Below are positions 8,315 to 16,510 of a DNA stretch of 32,000 nucleotides, in pieces. The notes under the pieces are model-generated. The model was not told the origin of the DNA and made no database searches. It saw only the letters and a list, made by a program, of their open reading frames with translations. Made by a program: the position numbers and the translations under genes. This DNA comes from Candidatus Jordarchaeales archaeon (GTDB taxonomy: Archaea; Asgardarchaeota; Jordiarchaeia; Jordiarchaeales; Freyrarchaeaceae): NCBI GenBank assembly GCA_038889235.1, contig JAWAHN010000001.1, forward strand, positions 300,001-332,000. Direction: 5' to 3'. Position 1 is the stretch's first letter, and each line of letters begins with the position of its first letter.

Positions 8315-9361
8315 GTGACTTGTTTGCGTGGCCTGAGGGTTGCCGTCTTGATTATTTTTGTTGGGATTATTGTGGCGGCTGTTCTGCCTTGCTGTGATGG
8401 GGTGATGGTTTCTCCAGTTTTAGGACAGGCTGTGGTTGAGGACAAATCCGTGTCGTATGAGTTCGGTGAGGAGAGGATTAGTGTCGTTCTGCTTGATGAG
8501 GGAGAAGCTATATTCAACATATTCCTGCGCGTGATTAATGTTGGTAGCGAAGATATTACGCTTTTGGGTTTTACTATTGAGCTGACCGATTGCTCAAACA
8601 TTTCCGTCACGAATATTTCAGCTCCTCTTTACCCCTGTGAGCCCGAGTATAAAGTTAGACGCTATGACACTGTGATCTATGTTAACACGTCGATTCCACC
8701 GGGAGAGACGGGAGAATTCTTAGTCAGCTTCACCACCAGGCAGGTTGTCTCAAAAATCTTTGGTTATTTTCAGTTCCTGTTTAGTGAGAAGTTCGAGGTG
8801 AACGTTGGAAGGTTTGTTCTTGAAGTTTGGCTCCCACCGGGATGCTTTCTCTATAGTGGCGGGATTGAACCCATAGTGCCTGCGCCTACTGACAACTTTA
8901 CTGACGGGGAAAGGCTTGTTTTCAGGTGGGAGTACGAAAGAATAGAAGCGGGAGACTACGAAACATTTATTATACGTTACCTCCCTGCAGTCGCTGACGA
9001 GCCTAGCCTAATTGCCGTCTTTTTGCCCCTTCAAGTCCACTCCATGTGGGAATGGTGGATTTTAGCTGGAGGCTTGGCTGCTATGGCCGGCGTCACGCTC
9101 GAAGTCTTCATCTCTCGCAGAAAGGGGAGGAGGGTTTCCGAGGTCATTCTCCCACTGCTCAGCGACGCTGAAAGGGAGGTGCTAAAACTGCTTTCCGCTT
9201 CTGGGGGCGTGATGAGCCAGAAGGAAATAGAGAAAAGTACAGGGTTTAGTAAGGCCAAGGTAAGTGTGACTCTCAAATCGCTGGAAAAGAAGGGGTTGGT
9301 TGAAAAGGAGGCGAAAGGGCGGACAAAGATAGTTAGACTCACCAGCAAAGTAAAAGTATAG
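8315..9361 (+). CDS. Membrane-anchored transcriptional regulator (extracellular beta domain + TM + C-terminal winged HTH; COG2512-like)
   Basis: N-terminal hydrophobic signal, TM segment WWILAGGLAAMAGVTLEVFI-SRRKGRR, then wHTH LSDAEREVLKLL...GVMSQKEI...GFSKAKVSVTLKSLEKKGLVEKE.KGRT. Confidence 0.82.
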   Translation: MTCLRGLRVAVLIIFVGIIVAAVLPCCDGVMVSPVLGQAVVEDKSVSYEFGEERISVVLLDEGEAIFNIFLRVINVGSEDITLLGFTIELTDCSNISVTNISAPLYPCEPEYKVRRYDTVIYVNTSIPPGETGEFLVSFTTRQVVSKIFGYFQFLFSEKFEVNVGRFVLEVWLPPGCFLYSGGIEPIVPAPTDNFTDGERLVFRWEYERIEAGDYETFIIRYLPAVADEPSLIAVFLPLQVHSMWEWWILAGGLAAMAGVTLEVFISRRKGRRVSEVILPLLSDAEREVLKLLSASGGVMSQKEIEKSTGFSKAKVSVTLKSLEKKGLVEKEAKGRTKIVRLTSKVKV

Positions 9362-9523
9362 GTTTGGATCTAAGCTTTGATGCAGCGTTCCAACCGAGCT
9401 TCGCCCTGCGGTTTTAATATGGTTCTCAGGGGGTAAGAGTTTTCGCAACAATCCACCAATAAATTTAAAAGTGTATCTTTGTCGTAGTGTTGACTGCCAA
9501 CCGTTGAGAGGGGGGAGAAAGAT

Positions 9524-10579
9524 TTGGATTTTCTGTTAGCTGTTATCCTGCTAGTGATCGCAGGGTTAGCTGTTGGGTTTGCCAACGGGTTCTTTGGAGT
9601 TGGCGGTTGCTTCCTTATGATACCAGTTATGTACTACATTTTCGTGAGTCTAGGGGTTCCATCGGACTTAGCTATTAAGATGGCTTTTGGAACAAACATG
9701 GCGGTTGTCGTGCCGACAGCGGTCATGGGCGTGTGGACCCACAAAAAGCAGAAAGGAGAGTTCATACACGTCGGCGAGTGGAAGGACCTCATAGCAGGGG
9801 TGACTGTGGGTAGCACTCTAGGTAGCATTGGGGCTTTCTTGGCTCCTGGTGAGCTTCTGAAGTTCCTTTTCGGTCTTTTCTGCCTCATAGGGGCATACAG
9901 GTTCATGACGGCCAGACCGAAGCCCATAGAGGAAATGCCTAGACAGCACAGCACGCTGAAAGCGGCGGTTAGCGGCTTCATCGGCGGAGGAACAGCCCAG
10001 TTCCTGGGGATAGGTGGCGGTTTGGTCTACCTCATAATACTGAACATGGTACTGGACATGCCCATTCATGGAGCTATAGCAATGTCCCTCGCAACGATGA
10101 TCTTCGGCTCAGGAGCCGGGGCAACTGTATTTGCGGTGCTGGGCTCAACCATACCATGGACTGTGGTTTACCTCCCAGATCCACTAAGCACTCTAGTACC
10201 GAGACTAAGTTTCCAATGGACGCTGTCCACACTGAACAGCCTAGTTCCCGGAATTGCAGCACTCTACTGGACGGACGTGATGCTCACGTACTTTAACCCC
10301 GTGCTACACCATGTGTTGAGGATAAGCTCCGTGCTGGGCGTCGCACCAATAATTAACCAGCTTAACCCCTTAAAGATAGCACCCCCGCTATCGGTGGGAT
10401 TCGTTAACCTAGTGGCGTTCGCGGCACTAGCGGCCACCAGCATACCAATGTCGAGGGTGGGAGCACGGGCAGCTCACAGGGTCTCACCGAAGAGGATGGG
10501 CATACTTCTAGCAATGGTTTACGTCTATGTCGGGCTGAAACTAATGGGAGTCTTCTCGCTGCTAGGACTACCAATCTAG
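9524..10579 (+). CDS. TSUP/TauE-SafE family membrane transporter
   Basis: GFANGFFGVGGCFLMIP and AQFLGIGGGLV repeats, AFGTN, AIAMSLA. TTG start after GAGGGGGAG. Confidence 0.88.
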   Translation: MDFLLAVILLVIAGLAVGFANGFFGVGGCFLMIPVMYYIFVSLGVPSDLAIKMAFGTNMAVVVPTAVMGVWTHKKQKGEFIHVGEWKDLIAGVTVGSTLGSIGAFLAPGELLKFLFGLFCLIGAYRFMTARPKPIEEMPRQHSTLKAAVSGFIGGGTAQFLGIGGGLVYLIILNMVLDMPIHGAIAMSLATMIFGSGAGATVFAVLGSTIPWTVVYLPDPLSTLVPRLSFQWTLSTLNSLVPGIAALYWTDVMLTYFNPVLHHVLRISSVLGVAPIINQLNPLKIAPPLSVGFVNLVAFAALAATSIPMSRVGARAAHRVSPKRMGILLAMVYVYVGLKLMGVFSLLGLPI

Positions 10580-10582
10580 CAT

Positions 10583-10596
10583 CCTTTTTTATTTTG
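10583..10596 (+). terminator. T-rich archaeal-type terminator after the TSUP gene
   Basis: CCTTTTTTATTTTG immediately follows the stop codon. Confidence 0.4.
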
Positions 10597-10638
10597 AAGA
10601 TAAACCCGGTCTGTAGAGCGGAGTTTCCTAATTTAAGC

Positions 10639-11078
10639 TTAGTTTATGCTCAAAAAAGGATTGCTGAACAGTTCGTCTACTAGGCGTTTGCACAAGTCGA
10701 GTGTTTCTCTCGCCGGTCTGAGCGCTTCTTCAGCGTCCTCCTACTGAAGATTTTCCGATGACGGTTTAAGTTCTGACTCGTAACCTTACATCACTGGCAC
10801 CTCGCTAGGTCTGACGATATCGCCGAGAGAGGTAGGGATCTTCGATGGGAACCACTCCGGCGTCTTGCTTTCTATCAAGTGGAGAGCGTCTCCGACATCG
10901 TTCCGTTTAGGGGGTTACGGCGAACACCCTCAACATGGCTTTCAGGCTTAGTTCAACGCGTTCCTGGGCGCGCCTCACAGTCATAGCGTAATCCCCATCC
11001 AAGGAAGCATTTCCAGACCCGGAAAAGACACCTCTGAGCTTTCTTCGAGTAGTCTTTGTCCACGGCTTCGATGTTCAA
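10639..11078 (-). pseudogene. HEPN-domain toxin pseudogene
   Basis: The minus strand reassembles across frameshifts and stops to MNIEAV.KDY.KKAQRCL...GDYAMTVRRAQE.VELSLKAMLRVF..TP.K.NDVGDAL...EDAEEAL..A...LDLCKRL. Confidence 0.75.
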
Positions 11079-11548
11079 GGCTCTACAACTCCTCTGCTTT
11101 AACATCCGGTTTAAACACCCAGAAGCCGCCCAGACCTCCCTAGCCCCCAGCTCCTCAAGTCTCCTCTTCAGTTTTTCGAGCTCACTCCTCAGGCGCCCCT
11201 TTGTCGTTAGAGTATTCACACGTGCTGGGTAAATGTCGAGCGAGATCAGCGGGTGGGATTTCAGCTCCTCGCTTAACATGTGCTCTTGTATCACGAGGGC
11301 CCACCCATACCTGGAAGTGAAAGCTGAGTACTCCTCGCCTTTTTTTCAGTCTTCCCCTCGCACCGTCCGGGAGCAGGTCCTCTCGAGGCCATGCCGCTGA
11401 CGTGCTGTAAAATTATGAGGCCGTCTATGTCACTTTCTGGGTCACCCTAGCAAGCCAAAAACGGCGCCATTTGACAGGTTTTTAGAGTTCTCCCCTTAAA
11501 AGGGGAACGTATTTTCTTGACTAAGCGTCACTCAGGTGGGGACGCCAC
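11075..11548 (-). pseudogene. Minimal nucleotidyltransferase (MNT) antitoxin pseudogene
   Basis: Broken motif AVFG..AR..PESDIDGLIIL, then EELKSHPLISLDI...LRSELEKLKRRLEELGAREV...FWVFKPDVK. Abuts the HEPN start; the 5' end is approximate. Confidence 0.7.
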
Positions 11549-11591
11549 GTAAACCACCACTCTACGAGTTAGCGTGGTTTTAAGAGGGGGG

Positions 11592-12185
11592 TTAAAAGTT
11601 AGTTTTCAGCTTGTAATATTTTTCCTTCGTGGCGCACGGTATGCAGAGGCGTCTACCGTTCACGCTTAACGTCAAAGTTTCCATCGTCAGTTCCCCGCAC
11701 TCGTCGCAAGCTACCGAGTTTCTTATTTGGGCTTGTGGGGGGATCTCAACGATCACTCTCTGTATCTTGAATAGATCCTCGTCCCGTATCCTTTCTATCG
11801 CTTCCAAGGCTCCCTTTCTTGCTTCTTTATCTTGGCTGAAGAATCCTTTGTCTGAAAGAGCGCTGAGGAGCTTTTGTCTACCTTCTTGCGTGAGGACCAG
11901 CCTGTAGGCTTCCCCGGTTTTCCTAGAGTAGAACGTTGCAGCCATTTTACCGTACATTTTGACGAAAAGGTTCCCCTTACCTAGTGACGCGCCGACCACG
12001 ACTTGTATTCCGTCGACGGCGCAGCTGTCGTTTTCCACTATGGCCACTATCTCTTCATCTTCTGACCTACTGGATCCTAGGAGCTTTAGGGCTGCGAGCC
12101 CCATCTTGACCCCTATAATTAGCCCGGGGCATATGTGGCCGTGGAAGCGTTCAGCCTCGGCTAGCGCTTCTAGAAAGCGGTGCAT
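11592..12185 (-). CDS. fmdE: FmdE/FwdE family protein with C-terminal Zn finger
   Basis: FHGHICPGLIIGVKMG, VENDSCAVDGIQV, SLGKGNL, YGKMAATF, C-terminal CDECGE...CIPC. True start most likely ATG 12185 (MHRFL). Confidence 0.88.
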   Translation of the reverse strand: MHRFLEALAEAERFHGHICPGLIIGVKMGLAALKLLGSSRSEDEEIVAIVENDSCAVDGIQVVVGASLGKGNLFVKMYGKMAATFYSRKTGEAYRLVLTQEGRQKLLSALSDKGFFSQDKEARKGALEAIERIRDEDLFKIQRVIVEIPPQAQIRNSVACDECGELTMETLTLSVNGRRLCIPCATKEKYYKLKTNF

Positions 12186-12371
12186 GCAAATCCCTCCGCT
12201 AAGGGGAACAGTGGCGTTGAAGCCAGAAATAGCTTCCGCTTGTCTCGAGCAAAGTGAAGGAGCCAGAGTTAGGTTAATAACACTTCTTTTACCTATTGGT
12301 AGCCTCGCTGGCTGAACTGTGGAAAACGCTTTATGTTCCAGGAGAAGCGAGGCACTCTGGAGGGATTCCGG

Positions 12372-13598
12372 TTGGAGAAAATACAAATGGACAAGCCCCT
12401 GGTTGAGCTTGACGGAGACGAGATGGCCAGGGTTATGTGGGCTCTAGTCAAGGAGAATCTGATACAGCCATACGTTGACCTAAAAACGGAGTACTACGAC
12501 CTTCACATCAAACGTAGAGATGAAACGAATGACGCGATTACCGTGCGCGCTGCGGAAGCCATAAAGAGGTGGGGCGTCGGCGTCAAGTGCGCCACGATAA
12601 CACCTAACGTCGAGAGAGTTAAAGAGTATGGTCTTAAAAGAGAGTGGAGGAGCCCTAACGCGACGATAAGGGAGATACTTGACGGAACCCTGTTCAGGTC
12701 GCCGATAATTATCAGGAACATTGCCCCCGCCGTAAGGTTCTGGAGGAAGCCCATAGTCGTCGCCAGACACGCTTACGGAGACATATACTCCGGCGTAGGG
12801 CTAAGGTTTGAGGAGGCCGGTGAAGCCGAGATAGTTTACAGGTCTGCTTCCGGCTCAGAAGTCAGAGTAAAGCTTCCACCGCTCAAGGGGCCCGGAGTTC
12901 TTCAAGCATACCACAACCTGGATGCATCCATAGAAAGCTTCGCGAGAGCCTCCTTCAAGTACGCTCTCATAAACGGGTTAGACCTCTGGTTCGCAGCGAA
13001 AGAAACCATATCAAAAGTCTACGACTCTAGGTTTAAGGAGATTTTCGCCAGGGTCTACGAGGAAGAGTTTAAGGAGGAGTTTCAGAGGAGGGGGCTCAAC
13101 TACGAGTACTACTTGATAGACGACGCTTACTCTAGGGCCATGAGGTCGGAGGGGGGCTTCGTCTGGGCGACGAAAAACTATGATGGAGACGTGGTCTCCG
13201 ACATGGTCGCTTCAGCCTTCACTGGAACGCTCGCCTTAATGACCTCCGAGCTACTATCGCCGGAAGGATACTACATGGCTGAGGCGGCCCACGGAACAGT
13301 TCAGAAACACTACTACAAGTATTTGAAGGGAGAAAAAACCTCCACGAACCCAACAGCAATAATATTCGCTTGGGCAAGAGGGCTCAAGGAAAGGGGCAGA
13401 AGAGATGGGATAACGGAGCTTGTCGCTTTCTCGGAGAAGCTAGAGGAAGCGGTCAGGAGGACCATAGAAGAGGACAAGGTGATGACCCAAGACGTCGCAA
13501 GGGTAGCAGAGCCTCCAGTAAACGCTGTGGTGACAACAGAGCAGTTCATCGAAGCGGTCAAAAGAAACCTAGAAAAAATACTTGAAAAAACAACGTAG
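12372..13598 (+). CDS. icd: NADP-dependent isocitrate dehydrogenase, subfamily II (Thermotoga/eukaryotic IDH1-like)
   Basis: VELDGDEMARVMW, GVKCATITP, W.SPNATIR, RHAYGDIY, KNYDGDV.SD, EAAHGTV..HY. TTG start (MEKI) after GGAGGGA. Confidence 0.93.
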   Translation: MEKIQMDKPLVELDGDEMARVMWALVKENLIQPYVDLKTEYYDLHIKRRDETNDAITVRAAEAIKRWGVGVKCATITPNVERVKEYGLKREWRSPNATIREILDGTLFRSPIIIRNIAPAVRFWRKPIVVARHAYGDIYSGVGLRFEEAGEAEIVYRSASGSEVRVKLPPLKGPGVLQAYHNLDASIESFARASFKYALINGLDLWFAAKETISKVYDSRFKEIFARVYEEEFKEEFQRRGLNYEYYLIDDAYSRAMRSEGGFVWATKNYDGDVVSDMVASAFTGTLALMTSELLSPEGYYMAEAAHGTVQKHYYKYLKGEKTSTNPTAIIFAWARGLKERGRRDGITELVAFSEKLEEAVRRTIEEDKVMTQDVARVAEPPVNAVVTTEQFIEAVKRNLEKILEKTT

Positions 13599-14129
13599 AA
13601 CGTCTCCCTCCCGAAAAGGGCACCCACGTGAAAACAAAACAGAGTCTAAAAAAGAGACGATTTGAACTTAAATTTAAAGCACCCTGAGAAATAGGGCACC
13701 AGCAAGCTTCCTCAGGTAAGAAGGAGGAAGCCTGTCCCCTAGGCACTGCGAGTTAAATCCCACTTCGAGGCTAAGCCTAGCACTATTCGTATTTTAATTT
13801 CGGCAGCACCTTAGAGAAAAGAGGGTAGACAAAGCGAGGGTATACGTGCACCTCTAATTGTATTGCATTTAAAAATTCGAGTTTTATGATTATGCAAAGT
13901 TAATAAAATAACACTGAAATAAGGAAAGTGTTCTCTTTAATTTCTCTACATTTTTCATATTAATTTTAATTTTGTATTTAGTTTTGTAATGTAAAAACCT
14001 TTATTAATTTGCGTTTTAATTTTTGTGAAAAATTCAATATTTGGCGTTCACACATGGAAAAAATTTAAAAAATCGTACAACGGTAAGCTATTAATTGGAT
14101 GTCCGTTTCGCTTGTTGGGAGGGTGGTGG

Positions 14130-14987
14130 TTGGTGCGGTTTAAAATTAATGCTGAGTGCAGGTATTGTGGTGGCACTATAAGCCATGAGGTGGAGCTTGA
14201 AGGGGAAGTGCTTTCCTGGTTTAAAAGCCAGCTTAATGTTGCCGGTGTTGCCCCTGTTAGCATTGATCACGGTGACCACATCTTTATAGTTTATGTTGAT
14301 GCACATGGCCGCGCGAGGGCAAGTTATGCTTACCCTGTCGTCAGCAAAAAAGTTGAGGGGGAGAAGTGGACTCCTGTGGGCGGCGTTGCCTTAATGGAGA
14401 CTAACGTGAACGTGCTTTTTGCCGACTATGACGAGAAAACTTACTGTGCGTCTTACTGGAAGGAGAACCTTGACCCCGGGGAGATTTTACCCTATGCAGA
14501 TGAGACAAAATTTGTTAGCTTGGAGGGAAGAGAGTTTTGGATTTTTGCGGCGCAGAGTAACAGGATGATAGTTGCTAGGGAGGTTGGGTGGAGTAGGGGG
14601 TTCTTCCAGTCGCTTCAGGAGTTTTTCTCGCAGGCATCGCATGTTGAGCCAAAAATTGTTAGGAGTGCTACGATTCAGGCTATACTGGTCTCGGTGGTCT
14701 CGAATCCTTCGTCTTATACGCCTAACTCGTCAACCATATTCGCTGATCTAGAGAAGAAGGTTGTTTTAACGAGGGCGGCTAGGATGCTCTTCGCCGGCGA
14801 GCACGGCTTCGAACGTGAGCTTCTCTCGTTCCTAAACGAGCTTCAGAACTACAATACCCTCGGAGAAGCCATACTTTCGTCCACCCCGAGCCAGGTGGCT
14901 CTGCTGGTTAAGTACTATAGGACATTGAAGAACACTGGGGTCATTAAAGTCGGAGAGGGGGAACGTGAGTCTCGAGGGGAAAGTTAA
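14130..14987 (+). CDS. Hypothetical protein: N-terminal CxxC...H..H Zn-binding module, central alpha/beta domain, C-terminal wHTH-like helices
   Basis: CRYC...IDHGDHIFIVYVDAHGRAR. GGAGGG RBS places the start at TTG 14130 or GTG 14133 rather than 14025. Confidence 0.7.
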   Translation: MVRFKINAECRYCGGTISHEVELEGEVLSWFKSQLNVAGVAPVSIDHGDHIFIVYVDAHGRARASYAYPVVSKKVEGEKWTPVGGVALMETNVNVLFADYDEKTYCASYWKENLDPGEILPYADETKFVSLEGREFWIFAAQSNRMIVAREVGWSRGFFQSLQEFFSQASHVEPKIVRSATIQAILVSVVSNPSSYTPNSSTIFADLEKKVVLTRAARMLFAGEHGFERELLSFLNELQNYNTLGEAILSSTPSQVALLVKYYRTLKNTGVIKVGEGERESRGES

Positions 14988-16005
14988 GGTTTCGCTCAAA
15001 ATACTGAGGAGGCTTAGAAAGCTTATTGGCGTTTCGAGAATTACGAACATGCATTTTGCCTTGGCTCTTTCTATAAGTCTGGAAAAGCTTGGAGTCATCG
15101 ACTTTCTAAGGGAGCCAAGAAGTGTAGATGACGTCGCGTCGTTCATAGGGAACGTGAAGAGAGTGGATCTGTTAAGAAAGTTAATGAGTGTGCTTGAAGA
15201 TGAAGGTGTGCTCGAGAGGGTTGATGAGCGCTATAAGGTTGACATGGCTCGGTTAGAGGTGCTTAAGGAGATGAGGGTTAAAAACCAGTATTTCAGGGAT
15301 TTTGAGCCTTTAACTTCTGGGTTCGAGAGGGTAATGTATGAAGTGATGTTGGACGTGCTTAGGGGAAAGGAGTTTGACTTCGTATCTCCTGAAGTTGCAA
15401 CAGTATTCTACTTCCAGAACGCCAGCCCACTGTACGCTTTCGGGAGAGAAATGTTGCTTGAGCTCGGCGGTGGAAAGAAACTTAAGGGAAGCAGAATTCT
15501 AGATTTGGGCTGCGGCTTCGGAGCTGAACCGATAACCATACTGAACTACCTCGACTTCGACTGTCACCTGATATGCGCAGACTTTTTCCCAAACGTGGTT
15601 GACGAGTGCATGCACACCATGGTGAAAGTTAACGGGCAGAATAAGCCACTTAAGGAACTGGAAAACGTCGAGTTTGTGATACTCGACCCGTCAATGGAGA
15701 AGAATTTCCCCATACCGGACGAACATGTAGACGCTGTCTTTTGCTTCGCGCTTCTCCACTGGAGTAAGCACCCAGACAAGATACTAAAGGAGTGCGCAAG
15801 GGTGCTAAAGAAAGGCGGGAAACTCATGGTGGTAACTCAGTTGAAGAAGGATGGTAGCCGGGTTACAGCAGCGGACGTAGCGCTTAAACTAATGGGGGGA
15901 AACAAGTATTACACGAGAGGGGAAATGGAGAAATTCCTGCTGGAAGCCGGTTTCAAAGACTACACGATCTTCCTATCGCACATGATAGTAGCTGAAAAAG
16001 CATGA
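14965..16005 (+). CDS. Class I SAM-dependent methyltransferase with N-terminal winged-helix/dimerisation domain
   Basis: ILDLGCGFG, CADF, VDAVFCFALLHW...LKECARVLKKGGKL. Overlaps the upstream gene by 23 nt. Confidence 0.88.
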   Translation: MSLEGKVKVSLKILRRLRKLIGVSRITNMHFALALSISLEKLGVIDFLREPRSVDDVASFIGNVKRVDLLRKLMSVLEDEGVLERVDERYKVDMARLEVLKEMRVKNQYFRDFEPLTSGFERVMYEVMLDVLRGKEFDFVSPEVATVFYFQNASPLYAFGREMLLELGGGKKLKGSRILDLGCGFGAEPITILNYLDFDCHLICADFFPNVVDECMHTMVKVNGQNKPLKELENVEFVILDPSMEKNFPIPDEHVDAVFCFALLHWSKHPDKILKECARVLKKGGKLMVVTQLKKDGSRVTAADVALKLMGGNKYYTRGEMEKFLLEAGFKDYTIFLSHMIVAEKA

Positions 16006-16510
16006 ATAACCACATTCAACGAGCCGCACTCTCCATCATTCACACTCCGCTAAAAACTGGGGTTTACAGTGGCGTGAAGTCATTGCCAAATGTTAAAGGA
16101 TGGTTAACACGGTTAATCTATGAAAGCTGAACATTAAAATTAAAAAAATTAAGTTTTGAATGATGGAAAAGCAGTGTAAACACTGACTGCCTTCCCCACC
16201 GTTCACTTGGGAGGGAAAATATACGTGCCTCACTGTGAACGAGGTGAGTGAGCACTATGGTGCCAGTGATAGCAGTAAAGCTTGAGAGGTGCCTTGAGGG
16301 TTTAACTGAACTTTACCAGCACGCTGCCGTAGAGTTACAGTCTTAAACTGTGGCCTCATAAGAGAGCAGTTTTTCACCGGAGCCCTTTTTACTCATTATA
16401 GCGCTTTACTTTTATCATAGTAACTGAGCAGTAACATCCCTGTCTCTGAAAGAGAGGTTTGGCTTTTAGCCAGATTTAATGTTTTACTAACTTTACAGTC
16501 AAACCCGGCT

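Noticed and set aside
11592-12386. 264-aa version of FmdE and ATG 12333 start of IDH
   Set aside because: The two extensions overlap each other across the divergent promoter; motif starts and RBS support 12185 and 12372.
13740-13790. GAGTTAAATCCC resembling a tRNA T-loop
   Set aside because: No acceptor, D or anticodon arms can be built around it.
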